Assembly (NCBI GenBank): GCA_030390025.1
Contig: CM059431.1
Coordinates: 152,894,001-152,958,000, forward strand
Reading direction: 5' to 3'
Origin: Squalus acanthias
Lineage: Eukaryota
Length of the DNA: 64,000 bases
Positions 49,292 through 61,915 of this stretch are shown in pieces. The notes beneath the pieces are model-generated. The model was not told the origin of the DNA, did not search any database, and saw nothing but the letters and a program-made list of their open reading frames with translations. Numbering within the stretch: the first letter of the stretch is position 1; the number at the start of each line of letters is the position of its first letter. Both the position numbers and the translations under genes were made by a program.

Positions 49292-50252
49292 ACTCTCTTT
49301 TTAAAATGTGTCCCCGATGGTTAGATTCCCTCTTTAATAGGGGTCCCTGATGGTGAGACTCTGTCTTTAAAAGGGGTTCCTGATGGTGGGACTATCTCTT
49401 TAAAATGGGTCCCTGATGGTGAGACTCCCTGTTTAAAAGGGGTCAATGATGGCGAGACTCTGTCTTTAAAAGGGGTCCCTGATTGTGAGAATCTCTCTTT
49501 AAACGGTCCGTCATGTTGAGATGCTCATTAAAAGGGGTCCCAGATAGAAATGCTCCCTCTTTAAAAGGGGTCCCTAATGGTTAGAGTCTCTCTTTAAAAG
49601 GGGACCCTAAGTGAAAGACTCTCTTTGAAAAATGTGTCCCCGATGGTTAGAATCCCTCTTTAAAAAGGGCCCCAGATAGAATGACTCCATCTTTAAAAGT
49701 GGCTCCTGATGGTGAGATTGCATCTTTAAAATAGGTCACTAATGGTGAGACTGCCTGTTTAAAAGGGGTCCCTGATGGCGAGACACTCTCTTTAAAAGGT
49801 GTCCCTGATTGTAAGACTCTCTCTTTAAAAGGTGTCACTGATGGAGAGACACCATCTTTAAAAGTGTCGCTCATAGTGACATTCTAATTAAAGGGGTCTC
49901 TGATGGTAAGACACTCTATTTAAAAGGGCTCCCTGATAGAACGACGCCCTCTTTAAAAGGGGTCCCTCATAGAAATATTCCCTCTTTAAAAGGGGTCCCT
50001 AATGGGAAGAGTCTCTCTATAAAAGAGGTCCTATAGAAATACTCCCTCTTTAAAAGGTGTTCCTGACGGTGAGACTCTCTCTTTAAATGTGGTCCCTGAT
50101 GCTGAAACACCATCTTTAAAACGGATCCCTGATGGTGAGACTCCTTCTTTAGCAGGTTTCCAAAATGGGGAGACTCTCTCATTAAATGAGGTCCCAGATG
50201 GTAATACTCTCTCTTTAAAAGGGGTCCCTGATGGTGAGACTCCCTCTTTAAA
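49292..50252 (+). repeat. 33-bp satellite array
   Basis: Same monomer. Confidence 0.93.
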
Positions 50253-50564
50253 GCAAGAGTGGCGAGGGAACAGAGGCGGCGATGAGCGATACTTAAGCTG
50301 AGCCCCGAGGCGGCTTACAAATCCAGGTTCCGGGAGAAGGAAGCAAAAAATATTCGTAGTGTGACGTCACCAAAGCGCAGGTAAGTGATTGGTTGGTGAG
50401 TGTTTTCATTCTCAATTTTTCTAAACTAAATTGTTGTGTTTTCTACGGTCTCTATGTGCAGCGGGGACTCCTGTTAAGTAAGGGCTCTTGAGTATATACT
50501 TAATTCCAGTGCAATTGCTGGGATCCATTGCATTTTAATTAATTAATTAATTAAAGGGTAGTTC

Positions 50565-51515
50565 ATGGTAGAACTGCTCGGTGCTGTGACATGCTCTTCC
50601 TGCACTATGTGGGAAATCAGGGTCACTTCCTTTGTCCCTGACAACCATGTGTGCGGGGGGTGTATCAAGCTGCAGCTAATGACAGACCGCATTGCGGCGC
50701 TGGAGCTGCGGATGGATGCATACTGGAGCATTCGCGATGCTGAGGACATCGTGGATAGCACGTTGAGGGATTTGGTCACACCGCAGGTAAAGGGTGTACA
50801 GGCAGGAAGTGAATGGGTGACCACCAGGCAGAGTAATAGACTCAGGAAGGTTGTGCATGGGTCCCCTGTGGCCATCCCCCTCTCAAACAGATATACCGCT
50901 TTTGATATTCTTGCGGGAGATGGCTTATCAGGGGACGACAGCAGCAGCCAACTTCCTAGCACCTTAGTTGGTTCTGCTGCTCAGGATGGGAGGAAAAAGA
51001 GTGGGAGTGCTATCATGATAGGGGATTCTATTGTAAGGGGAATAGATAGGCGTTTCTGCGGCAGCAAACGAGACTCCAGGATGGTATGTTGCCTCCCTGA
51101 TGCAAGGGTCAAGGATGTCTCAGAGAGCCTACAGAGCATTTTGGAAGGGGATGGTGAACAGACAGTTGTCGTGGTGCATATAGGTACAAACGATATAGGT
51201 AAAAAACGGGATGAGGTCCTAAAAGCAGAATATAGGGAGTTAGGAGGTAAATTAAAATATAGGACCTCAAAGGTGGTAATCTCAGGATTGCTACCAGTGC
51301 CACGTGCTAGTCCGAGTAGAAATAGAAGGATATTTCAAATGAATACGTGGCTAGAGGAATGGTGCAAGGGAGAGGGATTCAAATTCCTGGGGCATTGGAA
51401 CCGGTTCTGGGGGAGCTGGGACCAGTACAAACTGGACGGTCTACACCTGGGCAGGGCCGGGACCAATGTCCTAGGGGGAGTGTTTGCTAGTGCTCTGGGG
51501 GAGGGTTTAAACTAA
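50565..51515 (+). CDS. CR1 ORF1p (zinc finger/leucine zipper + SGNH/GDSL-like esterase), open frame 316 aa
   Basis: CSSC...CGGC, IAALELRM coil, GDSIVRG, HIGTND, DGLH. Confidence 0.85.
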   Translation: MVELLGAVTCSSCTMWEIRVTSFVPDNHVCGGCIKLQLMTDRIAALELRMDAYWSIRDAEDIVDSTLRDLVTPQVKGVQAGSEWVTTRQSNRLRKVVHGSPVAIPLSNRYTAFDILAGDGLSGDDSSSQLPSTLVGSAAQDGRKKSGSAIMIGDSIVRGIDRRFCGSKRDSRMVCCLPDARVKDVSESLQSILEGDGEQTVVVVHIGTNDIGKKRDEVLKAEYRELGGKLKYRTSKVVISGLLPVPRASPSRNRRIFQMNTWLEEWCKGEGFKFLGHWNRFWGSWDQYKLDGLHLGRAGTNVLGGVFASALGEGLN

Positions 51516-54496
51516 AATGGCAGTGGGTTGGGAACCTGAGCAGGGAGACAGAGGAAAGGGAAACAAGGATAAAAGCAAAAGATAGGAAGGCGAAAAACAA
51601 AAGTTGCAGTCAGAGAAAACAACGGTTTAATCAAACATGGCCACAGTAAATAGTAATTCTAATAGTTCTAAGAGCGTTAAAAAAACAAGCCTGAAGGCTT
51701 TGTGTCTTAATGCAAGGAGCATTCGGAAAAGTTGGACGAATTAGCTGCGTAAATAGAGGAAAACGAACAGGATTTGATTGGGATTACCAAAACGTGGCTC
51801 CAGGGTGTCCAAGGCTGGGAACATAATATCCAGGGGTACTCAATATTCAGGAAAGATAGGCAAAAAGGAAAGGGAGGTGGGGTAGCATTGCTGGTTAAAG
51901 AGGGGATTAACACAATTTAAAGGAATGTTATTAGCTCTGATGATGTGGAATCTGTGTGGGTTGAACTGAGAATTAACAAGGGGCAGAAAACTTTAGTAGG
52001 AGTGATATATAGACCACCAAACAGTAATGCGGAGATTCGGGATGGCATTAAAAGGGAAATTAGAGAAGCGTGCAATAAGGGCACAGCAGTCATCATGGGT
52101 GACTTTAATCTACATAGAGATTCGGCTAGCCAAATTAGTAACAATACTATGGAGGAGGAATTCCTGGAGTGTTTACGGGATGGTTTCCTGGACTAATATG
52201 TCGAGAAACCAAACAGAGATCAGTCCATCTTAGACTGGGTTATATGCAATGAGAAGGGATTAATTAGCAATCTTGTTGTGCGAGGCCCCTTGGGTCGGAG
52301 CGATCATAATATGATAGAATTCTTCATTAGGATGGAGAGTGAAGTATTTGACTCAGAGACTAGGGTCCTGAATTTAAATAAAGGAAACCACGATGGTATG
52401 AGGTGCGAGTTGGGGAGGACTGATTGGGGAATGTCACTCAAAGGGTTGACGGTGGATAGGCAATGGCAAACATTCAAAGACCGCATGGACGAACTACAGA
52501 ATTTGTTCATCCCAGTTTGGCATAAGAATAAAACAAAAAGGGGGACTCAACCATGGCTAACAAGGGAAATTAGGGATAACATAAGATCCAAGGAGAGGGC
52601 ATATAAATTGGCCAGAAAAGTAGTAACCCTGTGGATTGGGAGCAGTTTAAGATTCAACAAAGGAGGACAAAGGGATTAATTAAGAAGGGGAAAATAGAAA
52701 ACGAGAGTGAGCTTGCAGGGAACATAAAAACTGACTGTAAAAGCTTTTATACATATATGTGAAGAGAAAAAGATTAGTGAAATCAAGCATAGGTCCGTTG
52801 CAGTCAGAATCAGGGGAACTTATAATGGGGAACAAATAAATGTCAGAACAATTAAATACATATTTTGGTTCTGTCTTCACAACGGAGGACACAAATAATC
52901 TCCCAGAGATGTCGAGGAACATAGGGCCTGATGAAAGGGAGAAACTGAAAGAAATCAGTATTTGTAGGGAAATGGTGTTCGGGAAACTGAAGGGATCAAA
53001 GGCCGATAAATCCCCAGGGCCTGATAATCTACATCCTAAGCTACTTAAGGAAGTGGCCCTAGAAATAGTAGATGCATTTCTGATCATCTTCCAACATTCG
53101 ATGAAATCTAGAACAGTACCCATGGATTGGAGGGTAGCTAATGTTTCCCCACTATTCAAAAAGGGTGGTAGAGAGAAAACGAGGAATTACAGACCGGTAA
53201 GCCTGACATCGGTAGTGGGGAAAATGCTAGAGTCCGTTATAAAAGATGTAATAGCTGAGCACTTGAAAAACAGTGACAGGATCGGACAAAGTCAACATGG
53301 ATTTACAAAAGGTAAATCATGCTTGAATAATCTACTGGAATTTTTTGAGGATGTAACTGGCAAAATAGATAAGGGAGAACCAGTGGATGTGTTGTATTTG
53401 GACTTTCAAAAGGCTTTTGATAAGGTCCCGCATAAGAGATTAGCGTGTAAATTTAAGGCACATCGGATTGGGGGCAATGTATTGACTTGGATAGAGAACT
53501 GGTTGGCAGACAGAAAGCAAAGAGTTGCAATAAACGGGTCTTTTTGCGAGTGGCAGGCAGTGACTAGTGGGGTACCGCAGTGATTGGTCCTTGGACCCAG
53601 CTATTCACAATATATATTAATGATCTCGACAAGGGAACGAGATGTAATATCTCCAAGTTTGCAGATGACACAAAACTGGGTGGGCGTGTGTGCTGCGAGG
53701 AGGATGCCGAGAAACTCCAGGATGATTTGGACAGGTTGGGTGATTGGGCAGAAGCGTGGCAGATGCAATATAACGTCGATAAATGCGAGGTTATCCACTT
53801 TGGTGTCAAAAACAGATTGCAGATTATTATATGAATGGCAATAGATTGGGAGAAGGGGAAGTGCAACGAGACCTGGGTGTCCTTGTGCACCAGTCGCTGA
53901 AGGTAAGCATGCAGGTGCAGCAGGCGGTTAAGAAGGCAAATGGTATGTTGGCCTTCATAGCGAGAGGGTTTGAGTACAGGAACAAGGATGTCTCGCTGCA
54001 GTTGTACAGGGCCTTGGTGAGACCACACCTTGAGAACTGTGTGCAGTTTTGGTCGCCTTATCTGAGGAAGGATGTTCTTACCGTGGAAGGAGTTCAGCGA
54101 AGATTCACTAGGCTGATACCTGGGATGGCAGGAATGACGTATGAAGAGAGATTGGGTCGATTGTGCTTATACTCGCTCGAGTTTAGAAGAATGAGATGGG
54201 ATTTCATTGAAACTTATAAATTTCTGACAGGACAGGACAAACTAGATGCAGGAAGGATGTTCCCGATGATCGGGGAGTCCAGAAACAGGGGTCAGAGTCT
54301 AAGGATAAGGGGTAAGCCAATTAGGACAGAAATGAGGAGGAATTTCGTCACCCAGAAAGTGGTGAACCGGTGGAATTCTCTGCCACAGAAGGCAGTAGAG
54401 GCCAATTCATTAAATAGATTCAAGAAGGAGTTGGATATATTTCTTAAGGCTAAAGGGATCAAGGGATATGGGGAGAAAGCAGGGACAGGGTACTGA
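51516..54496 (+). pseudogene. CR1 ORF2 (APE endonuclease + reverse transcriptase), multiple stops and frameshifts
   Basis: Fragments 51945-52196, 52278-52679, 52840-53583, 53580-53834, 53783-54496. Confidence 0.92.
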
Positions 54497-55894
54497 ATTT
54501 GGATGATCAGCCATGATCGCATTGAATGGCGGAGCAGGCTAGAGAGGCCGAATGGCCTACTCCTGCTCCTATCTTCTATGATTCTATGATTCTATAAAAG
54601 GGATCCCTGATGTTGAGACGCCCTCTTTAAATGGGGTCCCTGATGGTGAGACTCTCTCCATAAAAGCTGTCCCTAATAGGAAGATTATCTTTCAAAGGTT
54701 TCCCTGAGAAAAGACTCCATCTTGAAAATGTGTTCCTGACGGGTATACTCCCTCTTCAAAAGAGGCCACTGAAGGTGAGACTATGTTTAAAAAGGGTCTC
54801 TGATGCTGAAACTCCTACTGTAAAAGGAGTCCCTGTTGGTGAGAATCCCTTCTTAAAGGGGTCCTTGATGGCGTGACTCTCTCTTTAAAAGGGCTCCCTG
54901 ATAGAAAGACGCCCTCTTTAAAAGGGGTCCCTGATAGAATGACTCTCTGTTTTAAAGCGGTCCTTGTTAGAAAGACTCTCTCTTTAAAAGGGGTGCCTGA
55001 TGATGAAACTGCCTCTTTAAAAGGGATCTCTAAAGGTGAGACTCCCTCTTTAAAAGTGTCCCTGATGGTGAGGCTCCCTCTTTAAAAGGGTTCCCTGATG
55101 GTGAGGCTCCCTCTTTAAAAGGGTTCCCTGATGGTGAGACTCTCTCGTTAAAAGGGGTCCCCGATGGAAAGCCTATGTCTTTAAAAAGGATCCCTGATGC
55201 TGAAACTCCCTCTGTAAAAGGTGTCCCTGATGTTCTGACACCCTATTTAAAAGGGTCCCTGATGATGAGACTCTCTCATTAAAATTGGTGCCTGATAGAA
55301 AAACTCCCTCTTTAAAAGTGGTCCTTGATAGACAGACTTTCTCTTTAAAAGGGGTTCCTGATAGAAAGATTCTCTCATTTAAAGGTGTCGTGGAGGGTGA
55401 GATTTCCTCTTTAAAAGTGCTCCCTGATAGAAAAACTCCATCTTTATTAAGGGTCCCTGACGGGTATACACCCACTTAAAAAGTGGCCCCTGATGGTCAG
55501 ACTCTCTCTTTAAAAAGGATCCCTGATGCTGAAACTGTCTTTGTAAAAGGGGTCCCTGATGATGAGACTCCCTCCTTAAAGGGGTCCTTGATGTCGTGAC
55601 TCTCTCTTTAAAAGAACCCCCTGATAGAAAGACTCCCTCTTTAAAAGGGTCTCTGATGAAGAGACACCTTCTTTAAAAGGACTCCCTGATATAAAAGCTC
55701 CCTCTTTAAAATGGATCCCAGATGGTAAGACTCACTATTTAAATGGGAACCCTGATGGTGAGACTCACTCTTTAAATGGGCTCCATGATAGAAAGACTCC
55801 CTCTTAAAAAGGGTCTCTGACGGTGTACTCTCTCTTTAAAAGCAATCCCTGATGGTGTGACACTCTATATAAAATGGGTCTCTGATGGTGAGAC

Positions 55895-58800
55895 TGAAGG
55901 GATAATTACTAGTCCTAGCCCTTTTCGGGATACCCCAGATCAGGCGTATTCCTCAGACGTTCACCTTCAAATAAAGTTAGATATAGCCGAATCCTAGTGA
56001 TGCTTAATTGGGTCTGAAGGTCCAGACTATCTCTCCCTAAAGGAAAGGAGAGACCTGAAGATGTTACCGATTCAGGATTGCACTTTTAATAAGTTTAACT
56101 AGATTGTAACTTTCCGGAAATTATGAGGGTCCGGAAAATCCCCAGAATTCTGCAACACCTCAATGAAGAATGTGCCCAGAAATTGAGCGCGAGTTGGATA
56201 CAGAAGTACTCTGAGACAATTCTAAAAATATATAGATTTATTAAAGAACCGACATGTAGTTAACAGCTTATGAGTCAATCGCAACTTTAAAAATACAAAT
56301 AGCTTACATTTCTTATCAGAGATCCTTATTCTCAAAACTTAACTTCGTGCAATAAGGGCACAGCAGCTTCCATGTGTGACTTTAATCTACATATAGATTG
56401 GGCTAACCAAATTAGTAACAATACTGTGGAGGAGGAATTCCTAGAGTGTATACGGGATGGTTTCCTGGGACAATATGTCGTGGAACCAACTAGAGATCAG
56501 GCCATCTTAGACTGGGTATTATGTAATGAGAAAGGATTAATTAGCAATCTAGTTGTGCGAGGCCACTTGGGGAGGAGCGATCATAATATGATAAAATTCT
56601 TCATTAAAATGAAGATTGAAGTAGTTGACTCAGAGACTAGGGTCCTGAATTTAAATAAATTAAACTACGATGGTATGAGGCACGAGTTGGCTAGGATGGC
56701 TTGGGTAACCTTACTTAACGTGTTGACGGTGGATAGGCAATGGCAAACATTTAAAGATCGCATGGATGAACTACAGAATTTGCTTCATCGCTGTTTGGCA
56801 TAAAAACAAAACAAAAAATGTGACTCAACCATGGCTAACAAGGGAAATTAAGGATAGCATAAGATCGAAGGAGAGGACATATAATTTGGCCAGAAAAAGC
56901 AGAAAACCTGAGGATTGGGAGCAGTTTAGGATTCAGCAAAGGAGGACAAAGGGATAAATTGAGAGTGGGAAAATAGATTATGAGAGTAAACTTGCAGGGA
57001 ACATAAAAAAAGAGTGCAAAAGCATCGATAGATATGTGAAGAGAACAAGATTGGTGAAGTCAAGCGTAGGTCCCTTGCAGTCAGAATCAGGGGAATTTAT
57101 AATGGGGAACAAAGAAATGGCAGACCAATTAAATACATACTCTGATTCTGTCTTCAAAAAGGAGTACACAAATAACCTCCCAGAGATTTCGGGAAACATA
57201 GGTTCTAAAAAGAGGGAGGAATTGAATGAAATCAGTATTTGCAGAAATGGTGTTAGGGAAATTGATGGGACTGAAGGCCTATAAATCCCCAGGGCCTGAT
57301 AATCTTTATCCTAGGGTACTTAAGGAAGTGGCCCTAGAAATAGTGGATGCATTGCTGGTCATCTTCCAAAAATTTATAGACTCTGGAACAGTTCCCATGA
57401 ATTGGAGGATAGCTAAAGGTGGTAGCGTGAAAACGGGGAATTATAGACCGGTAAGTCTGACATCGGTATTGGGGAAAATGCTAGACTGCTTTATAAAAGA
57501 TGGAATAGCAGAGCACTTGGAAAACAGAGACAGGATCGGAAAAAGTCAACATGGATTTACAAAAGATAAATCATGCTTGACTAATCTACTGGAATTTTTT
57601 GAGGATGTTACTGGTAGAATAGATAAGGGAGAAACAGTGGATGTGGTGTCTTTGGACTTTCAGAAGGCTTTTGATAAGGTCCCGCATAATAGATTAGCGT
57701 GCAAAGTTAAAGCACACGGGATTGGGGGGTAAGGTACTGTCTTGGATAGAGAACTGGTTGGCAGACAGGAAGCAAAGACTTGGAATAAACAAGTATTTTT
57801 CTGAGTGGCAGGCAGTGTCTAGTGGGGAACCGCAGGGATCGTTGCTAGGACCCCAGCTATTCACAATATATATAAATGATCTAGACGAGGGAACTAGATG
57901 TAATATCTCCAAGTCTGCAGACGACACAAAGCTGGGTGGGCGTGCGTGATGTGAGGAGGATGCAGAGAAACTCCAGTATGATTTTGACAGGTTGGGTGAT
58001 TCGGCAGCTGCATGGCAAATGCAGGATAATGTGGATAAATGCGAGGTTATCCACTTCGGTGGCAAAAACAGGAAGGCAGATTATTATCTGAACGGAAATA
58101 GATTGGGAAAAGGGAATGTGCAACGAGACCTGGGTGTCCTTTTGCACCAGTCGCTGAAGGTAAGCATGCAAGTGCAGCAGGCGTTTAAGAAGGCAAATGG
58201 TATTTTGGCCTTCATAGCGAGAGGATTCGAGTACAGGAGCAAGGATGTCTTGCTGCAGTTGTACAGGGCCTTGGTGAGACAACACCTTGAGTATTGTGTG
58301 CAGTTTTGTTCAACTTATCTGATGAAGGATGTTCTTGCCATGGAGAGAGTGCAGCGAAGATTCACCAGACTGATACCTGGGTTGGCAGGAATGACGTATG
58401 AGGAGAGATTGGGTCGATTAGGCTTATATCGCTAGAGTTTAAATATATTCAAGAAGGAGTTAGATATATTTCTTAAGGCTAAAGGGATCAAGGGCTATGG
58501 GGAGACAGCAGGGACAGAGTACTGAATTTGAATGATCAGCCATGATCTTATTAAATGGCGGAACAGGCTCGAGGGGCCGAATGGCCTACTCCTTCTCCTA
58601 TCTTCTATGTTTCCATGTTTCTACATTTCCACTCTTCTACTTATTCTTAATCCAGAATATCCACCAAAATCAAATAAAAGTACCTTTTGATTCCCGAGAC
58701 TCAAAGAGTTAAAAACTTACAGAGCCTACCTCTGAAGTTGAGAATCGCTTTGCCCCTTCCAGCGACTTCTAACTTTCTATCTGAAAGCTCTATGTATTAT

Positions 58801-59607
58801 ACTCTTTTTGCAGTGGACTATTATTTGATGATTCCTGCTGATGTAAGCTAATTATCTTCAGTCTTATCTCTGTTGACTTCTTTCAATTCTTACTGTTAGT
58901 TCAGCTGTTAACTTGCAGAATTCTGTCTCTACCTTTAGGTGTTCATGTCTTATCATAAAATGTTTTGACAGTAGTTTTTTAATTTGATGCCATTCTTGCG
59001 AAGGTCCTATTGAATTCTTAAATTACTTTAACTGCTTGTATTACAGACTTCTCGTCTCCTTGTGTTCCAAGTTCAACACATAAACAATGTGATTGCTTGG
59101 TAGATCTATTGATGTAATATTTACAAAGTCCACTGTTTGTACCTTTTACTATATGTAAACCAAAAATACTTCAACCGAGCACATAATTATTTCCCCAGCC
59201 ATCTTAGTTGGTTGTTTTACAAACTTATTTTTCCTGTCTTTCATTTGATGTTACTTTTACAAAGACACGTGTTTTTTTAATTGTCTGTGTTTCTGTTCGA
59301 ACTGTTGGTTTTTAAAACTTTAAACTGGGTATAGCTATTGTGATGGTTCCAAAGTGCAGTCTCCTTGAAACCTACAACCCTCTGTTTCAATGAAACCATT
59401 GTCTCAGTGTTTACACCCAATTTCCATTTCAAAAGCTTGTATGGTGTTTACAGCTTTGTGTGCTCATCTTATCTCAGAAGACTGTATTTACAGCTGTCTC
59501 TCGTTGAGGGTTTTAGATTTTTAAACACAGTTTGTCATATTTCAATAAAGGCTGAATTCTGTTCATAGGATGGTGTATTTTTCTGAAATAAGGCTCTTTC
59601 CTTTAGA
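55895..59607 (-). mobile_element. Solo-LTR-like copy F (~1.44 kb net) split by a CR1 insertion
   Basis: AGAC|TGAAGGGATAATT at 55895; element sequence stops at 56348 and resumes at 58622; ends TTCCTTTAGA|AGAC. Confidence 0.8.
56349..58621 (+). mobile_element. 5'-truncated degenerate CR1 LINE nested in LTR-like copy F
   Basis: ORF2 remnants from late APE to RT, internal deletion at ~58440, CR1 tail. Confidence 0.93.
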
Positions 59608-60383
59608 AGACTTCCTCTTTAAAAGGGATCCCTAATAGGGAGACTCTCTTGTTAAAAGGGATCCCTGATGGTTAGTCTTCCTCTTTAAAAAGTTTCTGAC
59701 GTTGAGACTCTCTCTTTAAGAGCGATCCCTGATGGTGTGACTTTCTCTTTAAAGGATGTCCCTGATAGTGAGAATCCCTCTTTAAAAGTGGTCCCTGATG
59801 GTGAGACTCACTCTTTAAAAGGGGTAATCATGGTGTGACTCGCTCTTTAAAAGGGGTCCCTGGTGGAGAGATTCTCTGAATAAAAGGGGTCCCTGAAGGG
59901 GATACACCCTCTTCAAAAGGGGTCCCTGAAGGGGATACACCCTCTTCAAAAGGGGCCCCTGATGGCGAGACCCTCTCTTCAAAAGGGGCACCTGATGGCG
60001 AGACCACCTCTTTAAAAGGGGTCCCTGATGGTGAGCCTCTTCAAAAGGAGTCTCTAATGGGGAGACTCTCTCTTTAAAAGGGGTCCCTGATAGAAAGGCG
60101 CCCTCTTTAAATGGGGTCCCTGATAGAAAGACTGTCTTTAAAAAGAGGCCCCGAGAGTAAGACGCCCTCTTTAAAATGTGTCTCTTATAGAAAGACCCCC
60201 TGTTTAAAAGAGGTCCCTGATTGTGAGACTCCCTCTTTAAAGGGGTCCCTGATGGTGAGACTCCTTCTTTTAAAGTGGTCCCTGATGCTGAGACTTCCTC
60301 TTTAAAAGGGGCCCCTGATGGTGAGACACATTCTTTAAAAGGGATCCCTGATAGAAAGACTCTCTCTTTAAAAGGGGTCACTG

Positions 60384-61915
60384 TGTGAAGGAAATAGCCA
60401 TATTTCAAGAAATATATCATCCTATAAACAGATGTGATAATATTAAAACATGACAAACTGGGGTTAAAAATCTAAAAGCCTCAACGACACAAGCCGTAAA
60501 ACAGAAAGACATGCTTCTGAGATAAAGATCAGTTGTTAAAAAAGTTTTAAACATCACAAGCTTTGAAATGGGAAATGTTTGTAAATACAAGACATGGCCC
60601 TGTTGAAACAGCAGGCTGGAGGTTCCTCTGTGTCTGAACATTGAACCAATACAATGGAATGACCCAAGTAAAGTGTAAAAATCCAACACTTCGAAGAAGT
60701 GCACAGAACATTAAAAAACCAAGTGCCTTTGAAAAAATGACATCAATTAAAATAAATACCTGCCATAAAATAGTTTTATGTTAAACTTAGAAACAGGAGT
60801 CATAGTTCTTAATATAACCAATTGAAGTAAATAAGAAATGCAAAGGCACCCTAGATGAAGTGTTTTTGAATTACAAATTGTAAAATGTACCTACAGAGAG
60901 ACTTTGTAGATGTTACATCAATAGATGACATCAAGCAATTGCATTGTTTATGTGTTAAACTTAGAACATAAGGAGACAGGAGTCTGTGTTTCTAACAGCA
61001 GAGGTGATTTAGAAATTCAATAGAAAGACTTCCTAAGAATGGCATCAAATAGATAAATCGATAATAATCAGTTAGAGTAGTGTTAGAATTGAATGGAGAA
61101 CCTTCGATAAGAATCACATCAAATAAATACGACTGTCACATTGTTATTTTATGATGGTTTTTGGAACACCTAACGTTAGAGACACAAGGCTGGTTGCAAC
61201 AGTTGCAACGACAGTAAGAATAGAAAACAATTCAATAGAGTATCACTAGAGACAATTAGCTTACATCAGCAGAATACTTCAAAGAAAATACCACTAAGAG
61301 CTTTTCAGATGAAAAGTCTGAATTCGCTGGAAGGGCAAGCGTTTGTCAACTTCACAGGCAGGCTCTGTAAGTTTACAACTCTGAGTCTCGGGTAATCAAA
61401 GTATTTGATTTTGGTGGATATTCTGGATTAAGAAATAAGTAGAAGTGTGGAAATGTAACAAAGTTATGATTTGAGAATAAGAATCTCTGATAAGAAATGT
61501 AAGCTATTTGTATTTTGAACGTTTAAAGTTGCAATTGCCATAACAGATGTTAACTAAATGTCAGTTTCTTTAACAAATCTATATATTTTTAGAATTGTCA
61601 CGCAGAGCTTTTCTGTATAAACTCGAAAACTAAATTTCTGTACACTCAAAGGTTTTGCAGAATTCTGGTAGGGATTCCGGAACCTCATAAGATGAGAAAG
61701 GTTACAGCCTAGTTCAACTTGGTAAAAGTGCTTTCCAGAAGACAGTAACATCTGCACGTCGTCCCTTTCCTTTAGGGAAAGATAGTCTGACCTTTAGACC
61801 CAATTAAGCGTCTTATAGAATTCGGCTCTTTAACTTTAGTTGAAGGTGAACGTCTGGGGAATACGCCTGATCTGGGGTAGTCCGAAAAGGGCAAGGACTT
61901 GTAATTATCTCTTTA
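60384..61915 (+). mobile_element. Solo-LTR-like copy G (~1.53 kb), opposite orientation relative to the satellite
   Basis: ACTG|TGTGAAGGAAATAGCC...AATTATCTCTTTA|CCTG: 4-bp TSD with one mismatch. Confidence 0.78.

Larger units (their letters stand above)
50253..54595 (+). mobile_element. Near full-length CR1 LINE (~4.3 kb)
   Basis: 5'UTR (GTGACGTCAC ~50360, CAGGTAAGT ~50378), ORF1, disrupted ORF2 (APE + RT), tail (ATTCTATG)n; inserted at the satellite TTTAAA tract. Confidence 0.95.
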
